Source of the DNA: Chloroflexota bacterium
GTDB taxonomy: Bacteria; Chloroflexota; Limnocylindria; QHBO01
Assembly: GCA_003243965.1 (NCBI GenBank)
Contig: QHBO01000045.1
Location: 38,552 to 102,551 of the forward strand
Reading direction: 5' to 3'
Length of the DNA: 64,000 bases
Part shown: one piece after another, positions 45,271 to 54,250 of the stretch
Layout of the letters: each line of letters opens with the position of its first letter
Numbering within the stretch: the first letter of the stretch is position 1
Made by a program: the position numbers and the translations under genes
Notes under the pieces: generated by a model
Told to the model about the DNA's origin: nothing
The model's database searches: none
What the model saw: the letters and a program-made list of their open reading frames with translations, nothing else

Positions 45271-47889
45271 ATGGTCGTAGGGGCAACTGAGGCGAGGCGA
45301 GGCTACGACGCGTTCTACCGCCGTTCGCTCGAGGATCCGGACGGCTTCTGGATGGAGGCCGCCGAGATGATCGGCTGGACGCAGCCGCCCGAGCGCGCTT
45401 TCGAGCAGGCCGAGGCGCAAACGTTCCGATGGTTTCCGGGGGGCCGCACCAACCTGGCGTTCAACGCGCTCGATCGACACGTGGCCGGCGGCCGAGGCGG
45501 GCACCTGGCAATCATTGCGCTCGATGAGCGCGGCGACCGGAGGACCCGCACCTATGCGCAGCTGCTGCAGTCGGTCAGCGAAGCGGCCGCGGCGCTGCGC
45601 GCCATCGGCGTCGGTCGCGGAGACCGGGTCACGATCTACATGCCGACCTGCCTCGAGGCGATCATCGCCATGCTGGCGATCGTTCGCATCGGCGCCATCC
45701 ATTCGGTGGTGTTCGCCGGTTTCGGTGCCGGGGCGCTGCGCGACCGGATCGAGGCGAGCGGCTCGCGCGTGGTGATCACGGCGGACCTGACCTACCGCAA
45801 GGGCAAGGAGATCGACCTGCTGTCGATCGTCGGGGCCGCGCTCGACGAGGGCGCCGGCGGTGTGGAGCACCTCGTCGTCCTCCAGCGAGGCGAACGGCTG
45901 TCGCCGGCGTCCGGCGGTCGCGCCTCGCCGCAGACCATCGGCTGGAACGACTTCACCGCGAAGGGAGCCGGCGGCGACGGCTCACTGGCCGACACGAGCG
46001 CGGACGATCCGGCATTCATCCTCGCGACCTCCGGCACCACCGCCCGGCCGAAGCTTGCCGTCCACCGCCATGGCGGCTACCAGGTCCACATCACCGCCAT
46101 GGGTCGCTGGGTATTCGATCTTGGCGCCGACGACGTGTGGTGGTCAAGCTCGGACATCGGCTGGGTCGTCGGTCACGGGTACATCGTCTACGCGCCGCTG
46201 ATCGCCGGCTGCACCACGATTGCCTACGAAGGTGCGCTCGACGAGCCCGATGCCGACCAGCCGTGGCGGATCATCGAGGCCGAGCGCGTGACGGGGGTCT
46301 TCACCTCCCCCACCGCGGTCCGCCTCCTGATGCGCTATGGCGAGGAGGTCCCGCGCCGGCATGACCTGGCGAGCGTCCGGCGCATCGTGTGTGCCGGCGA
46401 GGTGCTCAATGCCCCGGCCTGGGAGTGGCTCCAGCAACGGGTCTTCGACGACCGCGTGCCGGTCATCGATCACATGTGGCAGACGGAGACCGGAGGTCCG
46501 ATCTTCGGCAACCCATACGGGCTCGACATGCTGCCGATCAAGCCCGGCTCGGCCGGCCTCCCGCTGCCGGGGATCGAGGCGGTTGTGGTCGATGCCGCCG
46601 GTGCGCCGGTCGCCACCGGCGAGAAGGGGATCATGCTCATCCGCCGGCCGTTTCCCGGACTGATCTCGACGCTGTGGGGCGATCCCGACCGTTACCGCGC
46701 CGACTACTGGGACCGCATCCCGGGTGGGTACTACGTCGGTGACGCAGCACACGTCGACGAGGACGGCTACGTCTGGTTCGCCGGCCGGGCCGACGAGATC
46801 ATCAAGACTGCCGGCCATCGGCTCGGCACGATCGAGGTCGAGACCGCGTTCCTGCGCCATCCGGCGGTGGCCGAGGCGGGCGTCACCGGCATCCCGGACG
46901 AGCTGCGCGGCGAGGTGATCGCCGCGTTTGTGGCCCTGCGCGGTGGGCACGAACCGTCCGAGGAGCTGAAGCGCCAGCTGCTGGCAACGGTGCGCGGCGA
47001 GCTCGGGCCGGTGGCGGTCATCGGTAGCTGCTCGTTCGTCGCCACGCTGCCCAAGACGCGGAGTGGCAAGATCATGCGCCGCGTCCTCAAGGCGGTCGCA
47101 CTGGACCGCGATCCGGGCGACATCAGCACCATCGAGGACGAGGGGTCGGTCGAGGAGGCGAGGCAGGCGGTCGCCGACGTGCGGGCGAGCGTCGTTCCCG
47201 GTCAGGTGAGCGCCGGTCGCACCGTCGACGCCGTCTTCTTCGACCTGTTTGGCACCCTCGTTGATCTGGAACCGCTGGCGGCTGCCTGCGAGGCCGCGGC
47301 TCGGAGCCGAGGCACCGAGCTGGCCGCGGGCTGGCGAGCGCGCCAGCTGGAGATCAGCTGGCTCCGAACCGCGATGTCGGCATTCGTCGACTTCGACCAG
47401 GTGACGAGCGACGCACTGGACGCCGCGCTCGATGAGCTCGATCTAGGCCTGGCGCCCCCCGCGCGCCAGGCACTGGGCCGCGCATTCGAGGAGCTGCCGC
47501 TGCACGCCAACGCCCGCGCAAGCCTCGACGCGCTTCGCGCGCTTGGCCTGCGCACCGGAGTGCTGACCAACGCGGCGCGTGGGACGCTGCAGCGCGTGCT
47601 CGCGCGGATCCGGCTCAACGGCGCGGTCGACCACGCGCTCTCGGTCGACGCCGTGCGGCGGTTCAAGCCCGATCCGGCGGCCTACCGCCTGGCAGCCGAG
47701 GCGACGGGCCTCGAGGCGGAACGGATCGGGTTCGTGACCAGCAACGGCTGGGACGCCGCCGGGGCGGGCGCGTTCGGCTTCCGTGTGGCATGGCTGCAGC
47801 CGACGTCGCGTGCCCGTCTGCCGCGCGTCGGTGCTCCGGAGCCAACGGTCGCAACCTGGCAGTCCGTGGTCGACCTGTTTCGCGACTGA
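45271..47889 (+). CDS. fusion protein: AMP-forming acetyl/propionyl-CoA synthetase + C-terminal L-2-haloacid dehalogenase-like (HAD type II) domain
   Basis: ACS features: YDAFYRRSLEDPDGFW, FILATSGTTARPKLAVHRHGGY, a hinge/A10 region, and KTRSGKIMRR. From ~aa 650 come HAD motifs: DAVFFDLFGTLVDL (DxYGTL-type nucleophile motif), KPDPAAY, and FVTSNGWDAAGAGAFGFRVAWL. The last matches the L-DEX motif [24 protein letters not shown]. Confidence 0.8.
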   Translation: MVVGATEARRGYDAFYRRSLEDPDGFWMEAAEMIGWTQPPERAFEQAEAQTFRWFPGGRTNLAFNALDRHVAGGRGGHLAIIALDERGDRRTRTYAQLLQSVSEAAAALRAIGVGRGDRVTIYMPTCLEAIIAMLAIVRIGAIHSVVFAGFGAGALRDRIEASGSRVVITADLTYRKGKEIDLLSIVGAALDEGAGGVEHLVVLQRGERLSPASGGRASPQTIGWNDFTAKGAGGDGSLADTSADDPAFILATSGTTARPKLAVHRHGGYQVHITAMGRWVFDLGADDVWWSSSDIGWVVGHGYIVYAPLIAGCTTIAYEGALDEPDADQPWRIIEAERVTGVFTSPTAVRLLMRYGEEVPRRHDLASVRRIVCAGEVLNAPAWEWLQQRVFDDRVPVIDHMWQTETGGPIFGNPYGLDMLPIKPGSAGLPLPGIEAVVVDAAGAPVATGEKGIMLIRRPFPGLISTLWGDPDRYRADYWDRIPGGYYVGDAAHVDEDGYVWFAGRADEIIKTAGHRLGTIEVETAFLRHPAVAEAGVTGIPDELRGEVIAAFVALRGGHEPSEELKRQLLATVRGELGPVAVIGSCSFVATLPKTRSGKIMRRVLKAVALDRDPGDISTIEDEGSVEEARQAVADVRASVVPGQVSAGRTVDAVFFDLFGTLVDLEPLAAACEAAARSRGTELAAGWRARQLEISWLRTAMSAFVDFDQVTSDALDAALDELDLGLAPPARQALGRAFEELPLHANARASLDALRALGLRTGVLTNAARGTLQRVLARIRLNGAVDHALSVDAVRRFKPDPAAYRLAAEATGLEAERIGFVTSNGWDAAGAGAFGFRVAWLQPTSRARLPRVGAPEPTVATWQSVVDLFRD

Positions 47890-48042
47890 CCGCTCCGGTC
47901 GAGCGGGCGCCGGCGCCTGGCTGGCCGCGCCTGGTTGTCGGAGATCGGTCGTGCGAGACGAGCACATCCCGGATCGCTGGTGCGCAGTAGTCTTCGCGCA
48001 CGCACACGCGCTGGAATCACGTGCTGGAATGGGGAGTTGTCA

Positions 48043-48261
48043 ATGGCTGGGATGGAGAACGACCTCTACAAGCTGAATGGGATTGGGCCCAAGCACACCG
48101 AGATGCTCGAAAGCATCGGGGTCGATTCGATCAAGGAGCTGAGCCACCGGAATGCGGCATCTCTGAAGGAGATGATCGAGTCGCGTCACGGGAAGGTCAT
48201 CGGTCTTTCGGAGGGATCAGTCCAGGGCTGGATTGACCAGGCAAAGGCCTTGCAGAAGTAG
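48043..48261 (+). CDS. small helix-hairpin-helix (HhH) motif protein
   Basis: 72 aa from ATG 48043, preceded by an ATGGGGAG RBS region. HhH motif LNGIGPKHTEMLESIGVDSIKEL. Confidence 0.5.
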   Translation: MAGMENDLYKLNGIGPKHTEMLESIGVDSIKELSHRNAASLKEMIESRHGKVIGLSEGSVQGWIDQAKALQK

Positions 48262-48328
48262 GCTCGCCCGGCGGCTGAACGTCGACCTGCCGCGCGGTCC
48301 ACAACCCGCCACCAAGAGGCGTGTCCGC

Positions 48329-49894
48329 ATGCCGGATCAGTCGTTTGCAGGGGAGATCGGCACCGCTTACGGGTTCACTGAGCCTGTCCTCGAATATGGC
48401 GCCGCCTCGCTGAACGGCGGCGCCGAACCGGCTGCCCGGGTGCGGGTGCCGCTTCGGATGATCAATCGCCACGGTCTCGTCGCCGGCGCGACGGGGACCG
48501 GCAAGACGAAGACGCTGCAGATGCTCACCGAGCAGCTGTCCGACTCGGGCGTCCCCGTCTTCCTGGTCGACATCAAGGGCGACATCTCCGGAGTTGGGGC
48601 CCCGGGCCAATCCGGCGACCGGATCACGGCCAGGCTGGCCCAGATCGGACAGACAGATTGGGCGCCGCAGGCCTACCCCGTGGAGTTCCTGACGTTGAAC
48701 CGCGGCGGCAGCGGCGTGCGGCTCCGCGCGACGGTCAGCTCGTTCGGCCCCATCCTGCTCGCCAAGGTGCTGGACCTGAACGAGACGCAGCAGAGCGTTC
48801 TCGCCCTCGTGTTCAAGTACGCCGATGACCAGAAGCTGCCGCTGGTCGACCTCTCCGACCTGCGCTCCACGCTCAACTACCTGAACGGTGACGCCGGCCA
48901 GGCCGCGATGGCCGAGTACGGTGGTCTGTCGACCGCAACCGTCGGGGTCATGATCCGCAAGATCGTCGAGCTCGAGCAGCAGGAAGCAGACGCCTTCTTC
49001 GGGCAGCCCGAGTTCGACATCGGCGATCTGATTCGCACTGCGCCTAACGGCCGTGGCGTGGTGAGCGTGCTGGAAGTCGCGGACATGCAGGACCGGCCCA
49101 AGCTGTTCAGCACATTCATGATGTGGCTGCTGGCGGCGGTCTACCACCATCTGCCGGAGGTGGGTGATCTCGACAAGCCAAAGCTGGTGTTCTTTTTCGA
49201 CGAGGCGCATCTCCTGTTCGAGGGCGCGAACCCCAGCTTCCTCGACCAGATCGAGATGGTCGCGCGTCTGATCCGCAGCAAGGGGGTCGGCGTCTACTTC
49301 GTCACCCAGTCCCCAAGCGACGTTCCGCCGAGCGTTCTGGCTCAACTGGGCAATCGCGTTCAGCATGCGCTGCGCGCTTTCACCCCGGACGACCAGAAGC
49401 GGATCGACCAGACGGCCCGAACGTTCCCCTCCACGACGCACTACGACGTTGCCAAGGAGCTCACCTCGCTCGGCATCGGTGAAGCCCTCATCACCGTGAT
49501 GTCACCGGCCGGCGTGCCAACGCCGACGGTCCACACCATCATGCGGCCCCCGCGGTCGTTGATGGCCCAGCTCGATCCGGCGGCCTTCGCCGCGGCGGTC
49601 GCCGCCTCTCCGATTGCAGGGCGCTATGCAAGCGACATCGACCCCGAGTCGGCCAAGGAGATGCTCGCGGCTCGGATGGAGCAGGCAGCGGCCGAAGCAC
49701 CCCAGCCACAGGGCACCAGCGCTGACGCCACCCCCGAGCCCAGCCAGGGGATGGATTGGGCGCAGGCGGCCAGGATCGGGACGCGGGTCCTGACCAGCTC
49801 GACCACCAACACGCTGCTGCGGGGCGTGTTCGGGATCCTCGGAGGCGGAGCCGCTCGACGGACCACTCGACGGACCACACGCCGGCGACGCTGA
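48329..49894 (+). CDS. HerA-like ATPase (DUF853 / YjgR family)
   Basis: 521 aa from ATG 48329. P-loop GLVAGATGTGKTKTLQMLTEQL, a Walker B-like LVFFFDEAHLLF, and a basic low-complexity C-terminal tail. Confidence 0.75.
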   Translation: MPDQSFAGEIGTAYGFTEPVLEYGAASLNGGAEPAARVRVPLRMINRHGLVAGATGTGKTKTLQMLTEQLSDSGVPVFLVDIKGDISGVGAPGQSGDRITARLAQIGQTDWAPQAYPVEFLTLNRGGSGVRLRATVSSFGPILLAKVLDLNETQQSVLALVFKYADDQKLPLVDLSDLRSTLNYLNGDAGQAAMAEYGGLSTATVGVMIRKIVELEQQEADAFFGQPEFDIGDLIRTAPNGRGVVSVLEVADMQDRPKLFSTFMMWLLAAVYHHLPEVGDLDKPKLVFFFDEAHLLFEGANPSFLDQIEMVARLIRSKGVGVYFVTQSPSDVPPSVLAQLGNRVQHALRAFTPDDQKRIDQTARTFPSTTHYDVAKELTSLGIGEALITVMSPAGVPTPTVHTIMRPPRSLMAQLDPAAFAAAVAASPIAGRYASDIDPESAKEMLAARMEQAAAEAPQPQGTSADATPEPSQGMDWAQAARIGTRVLTSSTTNTLLRGVFGILGGGAARRTTRRTTRRRR

Positions 49895-50071
49895 CCGCGG
49901 CCCAACCCGCGCCCGCGTTCCACTATCTCGACGGGCGACCGCCCCCTGGGTCGCCGATTCGGTCCCCGCCCAGCCGGGCGCTCCACTGCGATCGTGGCAC
50001 GCAATCTGCAGCCACGGCTCGTCCAGCGCGTAACCGTTTTCATTGGCCCACGAGTCACTGCGGGAGAGCAG

Positions 50072-51106
50072 ATGCGCGGGACGACCATCCGAGACGTTGC
50101 CAGGCGGGCGGGGGTCTCGATCGCCACCGTGTCGCGCGTCCAGCGCGGGAGCGCCCCGGTCGCGGATGACACGCGCGACCGAGTGGCCGCCGCGATCGAG
50201 GCACTGCGCTACGTCCCAAACCGTCTCGGACGGGGCCTCGCCGAGCGGCGACATCGGGCGATGGGGATCGTCTTCCCAGACCTGTCGGGACCGTACTTCT
50301 CAGAGGTGATCGGCGGCTTCGAAACGGCCGCCACCGATGACGACCACGGCGTGATGGTCCTCTCCACGCACGGCCGTGAGGCGGCGGCTGATCGCGTCCG
50401 CGACCTGGCTTCGCGCGTCGACGGGCTCCTGATCCTGGGCCGAACCGTGCCCGACGAAGTGATCCGCGACCTGCACGAGGCCGGCAGACCGATCGTCCTG
50501 CTGGCCCGACCACCGGTCGGGGACACGGATGCAGTGCGTGCGGAGAACCGCGCCACGGCAGCCAGGCTTGCCCTCCACCTGATCGACGTCCACGGGCATC
50601 GCCGCATCGCCTTCCTTGGCGACCCCGACTCGTCTCCCGACGGTGCCGAGCGGTGGGATGGCTTCGTCGCCGCCCACCGGTCTCGCGGCCTGGCCGGACC
50701 GGATGGCCCGATACGGAGCCTGTATCGACAGGCCGAGGGTTATGCGGCCGCGCGACTCGCGCTCATGGCGGTCGATGCGCGCGAGCCGCCGACGGCGCTC
50801 TTCTGCGGCAACGACGAGATCGCTCTGGGCACCTATCGGGCTGCCACGGAGCTTCACCGGCGGGTCGGCCACGACCTGGCGATCACCGGTTGGGACGACA
50901 TTCCGACGGCGCGCTATCTCGCGCCCGCGCTCACGACGGTGCGACAGCCGATGCGTGAGCTCGGGCTTTGGGCGGCACGCGCACTGTTTGCGCGAATCCA
51001 TGGGGGCGGCGGACCACCGAGACACGAGGTGTTGCCGACGCAGGTCGTGCTGAGAGCCAGCTGCGGATGCGCGACGACCCCGATGCAGGAGGAACCTGAG
51101 CGATGA
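50072..51106 (+). CDS. LacI-family transcriptional regulator
   Basis: N-terminal HTH (TIRDVARRAGVSIATVSRVQRG) plus a periplasmic-binding-protein-like sugar-binding domain. Confidence 0.85.
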   Translation: MRGTTIRDVARRAGVSIATVSRVQRGSAPVADDTRDRVAAAIEALRYVPNRLGRGLAERRHRAMGIVFPDLSGPYFSEVIGGFETAATDDDHGVMVLSTHGREAAADRVRDLASRVDGLLILGRTVPDEVIRDLHEAGRPIVLLARPPVGDTDAVRAENRATAARLALHLIDVHGHRRIAFLGDPDSSPDGAERWDGFVAAHRSRGLAGPDGPIRSLYRQAEGYAAARLALMAVDAREPPTALFCGNDEIALGTYRAATELHRRVGHDLAITGWDDIPTARYLAPALTTVRQPMRELGLWAARALFARIHGGGGPPRHEVLPTQVVLRASCGCATTPMQEEPER

Positions 51107-52377
51107 CTGACTGGCGACGAACGGCGCCGTTGGCGCTGTGCATGGTACTGGTGCTGGCGGCCTGCGGCCGCAGCGAGAGCACGCCGGGCGCCGGGGGCGC
51201 GTCCCAAACCGGTGGGTCACAGCCCGCCGCCGGCGGGGGGCCGGTGACCGGCACCCTCGACGTGTGGGCGATGGGGACCGAGGGCGAGAAGCTCTCGGTG
51301 CTGGCCAAGGACTTCATGGCCGCCAATCCGGGCGTCACGGTGAAGGTCACCGCCATCCCCTGGGACGCCGCGCACGACAAGATCCGCAATGCGCTGACCA
51401 CCACCGGTCCCGACGTGACGCTGGTCGGCACGACCTGGATGGGCGAGTTCGCAAAGCTCGGTGGCCTGGACAAGACGCCGTCGGACATCGACAAGGGCCA
51501 GTTCTACGAGGGCGCCTGGAACTCGACCGTCGTCGGCGGCGCAAGCTACGGGGTGCCGTGGTACGTCGAGACCCGGGTCCTGTACTACAACACCGATCTG
51601 GCCAAGAAGGGCGGGATGAGCGACGCTCCCAAGAACTGGAACGACCTCAAAGCGCTGGCCCAGGATCTGAAGAAGGCGGGCGCCAAGTCTGCCATCGAGC
51701 TCCAGCCGGGTGGCACCGGCTCGTGGCAGACATTCATGCCCTTCTTCTGGCAGAAGGGTGGCGAGATCATGGACGGCTCCGGCAAGTTCACGCTGAACAG
51801 CCAGGCGTGCACCGACGCCCTGACCTACTACCAGTCCTTCTTCAAGGAAGGGTTGGCGACCAAGGCAGCGGCCGACACCCCGATGGAGGCGCGGTTCGCG
51901 AAGGGCCAGGTCGGCGCGTTCATCAGCGGTCCCTGGATGATCCAGGTCGTGACCGATGCGGGCGCCAAGGCCGGCACGTTCACGGTCGCGCCGCAGCCCA
52001 AGGAGCAGTCGGGCACCTCGTTCGTCGGCGGCGGCGATCTCGCGGTCCTCGCCAACTCGAACAACAAGCCGGCAGCGTGGGCATTCGTCAAGTACCTGAG
52101 CAAGCCCGAGGTCCAGGTGAAGTGGTACGCGACGGTCAAGGACCTTCCCGCCGTCAAGTCGGCCTGGAGCGACCAGACGCTATCGGGCGACAAGCTGCTC
52201 AAGGTCTTCGGCGATCAGCTGAATGACGCCAAGGCACCGCCGGCCATCCCGAAGTGGGAGGAGATCGCGGCGCAGATCGACACTGCCATCGAGCAGGTGA
52301 CCGTGGGCAGCATGTCGCCTGCGGATGGCTGCAAGTCGATGCAGGACCAGGCCACCTCCATCGGTTCTGGATCCTAG
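51103..52377 (+). CDS. ABC transporter sugar-binding lipoprotein (solute-binding protein family 1)
   Basis: Lipoprotein signal (LALCMVLVLAACGRS) and an SBP_bac_1-type domain. Overlaps the LacI stop. Confidence 0.85.
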   Translation: MTDWRRTAPLALCMVLVLAACGRSESTPGAGGASQTGGSQPAAGGGPVTGTLDVWAMGTEGEKLSVLAKDFMAANPGVTVKVTAIPWDAAHDKIRNALTTTGPDVTLVGTTWMGEFAKLGGLDKTPSDIDKGQFYEGAWNSTVVGGASYGVPWYVETRVLYYNTDLAKKGGMSDAPKNWNDLKALAQDLKKAGAKSAIELQPGGTGSWQTFMPFFWQKGGEIMDGSGKFTLNSQACTDALTYYQSFFKEGLATKAAADTPMEARFAKGQVGAFISGPWMIQVVTDAGAKAGTFTVAPQPKEQSGTSFVGGGDLAVLANSNNKPAAWAFVKYLSKPEVQVKWYATVKDLPAVKSAWSDQTLSGDKLLKVFGDQLNDAKAPPAIPKWEEIAAQIDTAIEQVTVGSMSPADGCKSMQDQATSIGSGS

Positions 52378-52380
52378 GTC

Positions 52381-53313
52381 ATGAGCGGCCGCACGGCCGA
52401 CGCCATGGGGGCGAGCGCCGCCCCCATGGCCGGACGTTCGCGAGGGCGCGAGGCGCTGATCGCCTGGAGCTTCGCGATTCCCTTCGTGGTCCTGTTCCTG
52501 GTGTTCATGGCCGGGCCGATCCTGGTCGCCTTCGTCGTGTCGTTCACCGACATGCAGTCGACCGATCTGCGCCACCCGCTCAGCGTCAACTTCGTCGGGC
52601 TCAACGACTATCTCAAGGTGCTGGGCGATCCCAAGTTTCAGCACGCCGCGGCCAACACCGCGGTCTTCGTCGTCTTCGGGATCCCGCTGACCATGGCGCT
52701 CGGGCTTCTCGCCGCGGTCGGGCTGAACCAGGCGATCGTGAAGTTTCGGACGGTGTTCCGGGTCGGCTACTACCTGCCGGTGGTCACCAGCATCGTGGCC
52801 ATTGCCATCATCTGGCGGCTGCTGCTGGCCAAGGACTCGGGCCTCGTCAACTCGCTGCTCGGCACGGCCGGTATCGGCGGCCACGGATGGCTGACCGATC
52901 GCCACCTCGCGCTCTGGTCATTGATCGTCATGACCGCCTGGCGCAACCTCGGCTTCCAGATGGTGATCTTCCTCGCCGGCCTGCAGGCGATCTCGCCGGA
53001 GCTCTACGAGGCGGCGGAGGTTGACGGTGCCTCGAGCTGGCAGCGCTTCCGGCGGATCACCCTCCCCTTGCTGCGGCCGACGCTTCTCTTCTCGGCGGTG
53101 ATCACCAGCATCGGCTACCTCCAGTTCTTCGAGGAGCCGTTCGTGATGACCAAGGGCGGGCCGCTGGACGCCACCCTCTCGCTCGCCTTCTACGCGTACA
53201 ACCAGTTCAGCTTCGGCAACTACGGACTCACCGCGGCGATCGCCTACATCCTGTTCGTCGCGATCGCGCTGCTGACCCTGTTCCAGTTCCGGCTCTTCCG
53301 GTCCGAGTCGTGA
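52381..53313 (+). CDS. ABC sugar permease (MalF/UgpA-like)
   Basis: 6 TM helices and an EAA loop (LQAISPELYEAAEVDGAS). Confidence 0.85.
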   Translation: MSGRTADAMGASAAPMAGRSRGREALIAWSFAIPFVVLFLVFMAGPILVAFVVSFTDMQSTDLRHPLSVNFVGLNDYLKVLGDPKFQHAAANTAVFVVFGIPLTMALGLLAAVGLNQAIVKFRTVFRVGYYLPVVTSIVAIAIIWRLLLAKDSGLVNSLLGTAGIGGHGWLTDRHLALWSLIVMTAWRNLGFQMVIFLAGLQAISPELYEAAEVDGASSWQRFRRITLPLLRPTLLFSAVITSIGYLQFFEEPFVMTKGGPLDATLSLAFYAYNQFSFGNYGLTAAIAYILFVAIALLTLFQFRLFRSES

Positions 53314-53327
53314 GGAGGTCCTGACCG

Positions 53328-54224
53328 ATGGCCACCCTCGGCCCCGCACGCGAGCTGCCGCCGGTCGCCGGGCGATCGGGGCGGCGCCATTCCGACCGGC
53401 TCCGACGCGGCCGGTCAGCGGTGTGGCTGTACATCGCCCTTGCGCTTGGCCTGGTGCTGATGGTCGGGCCATTCATCTACATGCTGCTCGGATCGTTCAA
53501 GACGACCGGCGAGCTTCGCCAGGTGCCGCCCACCTGGTGGCCGCAGCAGTTCACGCTGAGCAACTACACCGATCTGTTCAGCCGTCTGAACTTCAGCCGC
53601 TTCTTCTTCAACTCGGCCGCCGTCGCGGCCGCGATCACCGCGGGCAACCTGCTGTTCTGCTCGATGCTCGGCTACGCATTGGCGAAGCTGCGCTTCCCCG
53701 GCAAGCGGGCGCTCTTCGCACTGGTGCTCGGCACGCTGATGGTGCCGGGGATCGTGACCTTCATGCCGCTCTTCGTGCTCGTCGCGAACATGGGACTGGT
53801 CAACACCCACGCCGGCCTCATCCTGCCGTTCCTGGCCGGTGCCTTCGGCGTCTTCCTGATGCGCCAGTTCATCTCCGGCATTCCGGACGAGCTGCTGGAT
53901 GCCGCCCGGGTCGACGGCGCGGGCGAATACCACATCTTCTTCCGGATCATCCTGCCGCTGTGCGGCGCTCCGCTGGCCACGCTCGGGATCCTCACCTTCC
54001 TGGCCAGCTGGAACAACTTCCTCTGGCCGCTGGTGGTGGCGCAGACCGAGGACATGTACACGCTGCCGGTGGCCGTCGCGCTGTTCGCCACAGGCCAGCA
54101 GACCTCGAACCTCGGCCTGCTCCTGGCCGGTGCGGTGGTCGTCGTGCTCCCCGTGCTGCTGGTCTTCATCGTCCTGCAGCGGTTCTTCACGCAGGGCATC
54201 GCGATGACCGGCATCAAGGGCTGA
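53328..54224 (+). CDS. ABC sugar permease (MalG/UgpE-like)
   Basis: 6 TM helices and an EAA loop (IPDELLDAARVDGAGEYHIFFRI). Confidence 0.85.
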   Translation: MATLGPARELPPVAGRSGRRHSDRLRRGRSAVWLYIALALGLVLMVGPFIYMLLGSFKTTGELRQVPPTWWPQQFTLSNYTDLFSRLNFSRFFFNSAAVAAAITAGNLLFCSMLGYALAKLRFPGKRALFALVLGTLMVPGIVTFMPLFVLVANMGLVNTHAGLILPFLAGAFGVFLMRQFISGIPDELLDAARVDGAGEYHIFFRIILPLCGAPLATLGILTFLASWNNFLWPLVVAQTEDMYTLPVAVALFATGQQTSNLGLLLAGAVVVVLPVLLVFIVLQRFFTQGIAMTGIKG

Positions 54225-54250
54225 GGACAGCACACCTGGAGGGCTGACCG

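Noticed and set aside
47995-48030. Direct repeat GCTGGAAT-cacgt-GCTGGAAT with a central CACGTG just upstream of the HhH gene
   Set aside because: It resembles the parS core only in the central CACGTG, and the flanks are direct rather than inverted repeats. It probably just overlaps the RBS/promoter of the HhH gene; low information.
49930-49960. Hairpin GGCGACCgccccctgGGTCGCC after the HerA-like gene as an intrinsic terminator
   Set aside because: A stable stem but no following U-tract on the sense strand, so it cannot be called a terminator from sequence alone.
50026-50042. Candidate LacI operator TAACCGTTTTCA upstream of the LacI gene at 50072
   Set aside because: Only a weak pseudo-palindrome (3/6 matching positions per half-site); too degenerate to call without a family-specific motif model.
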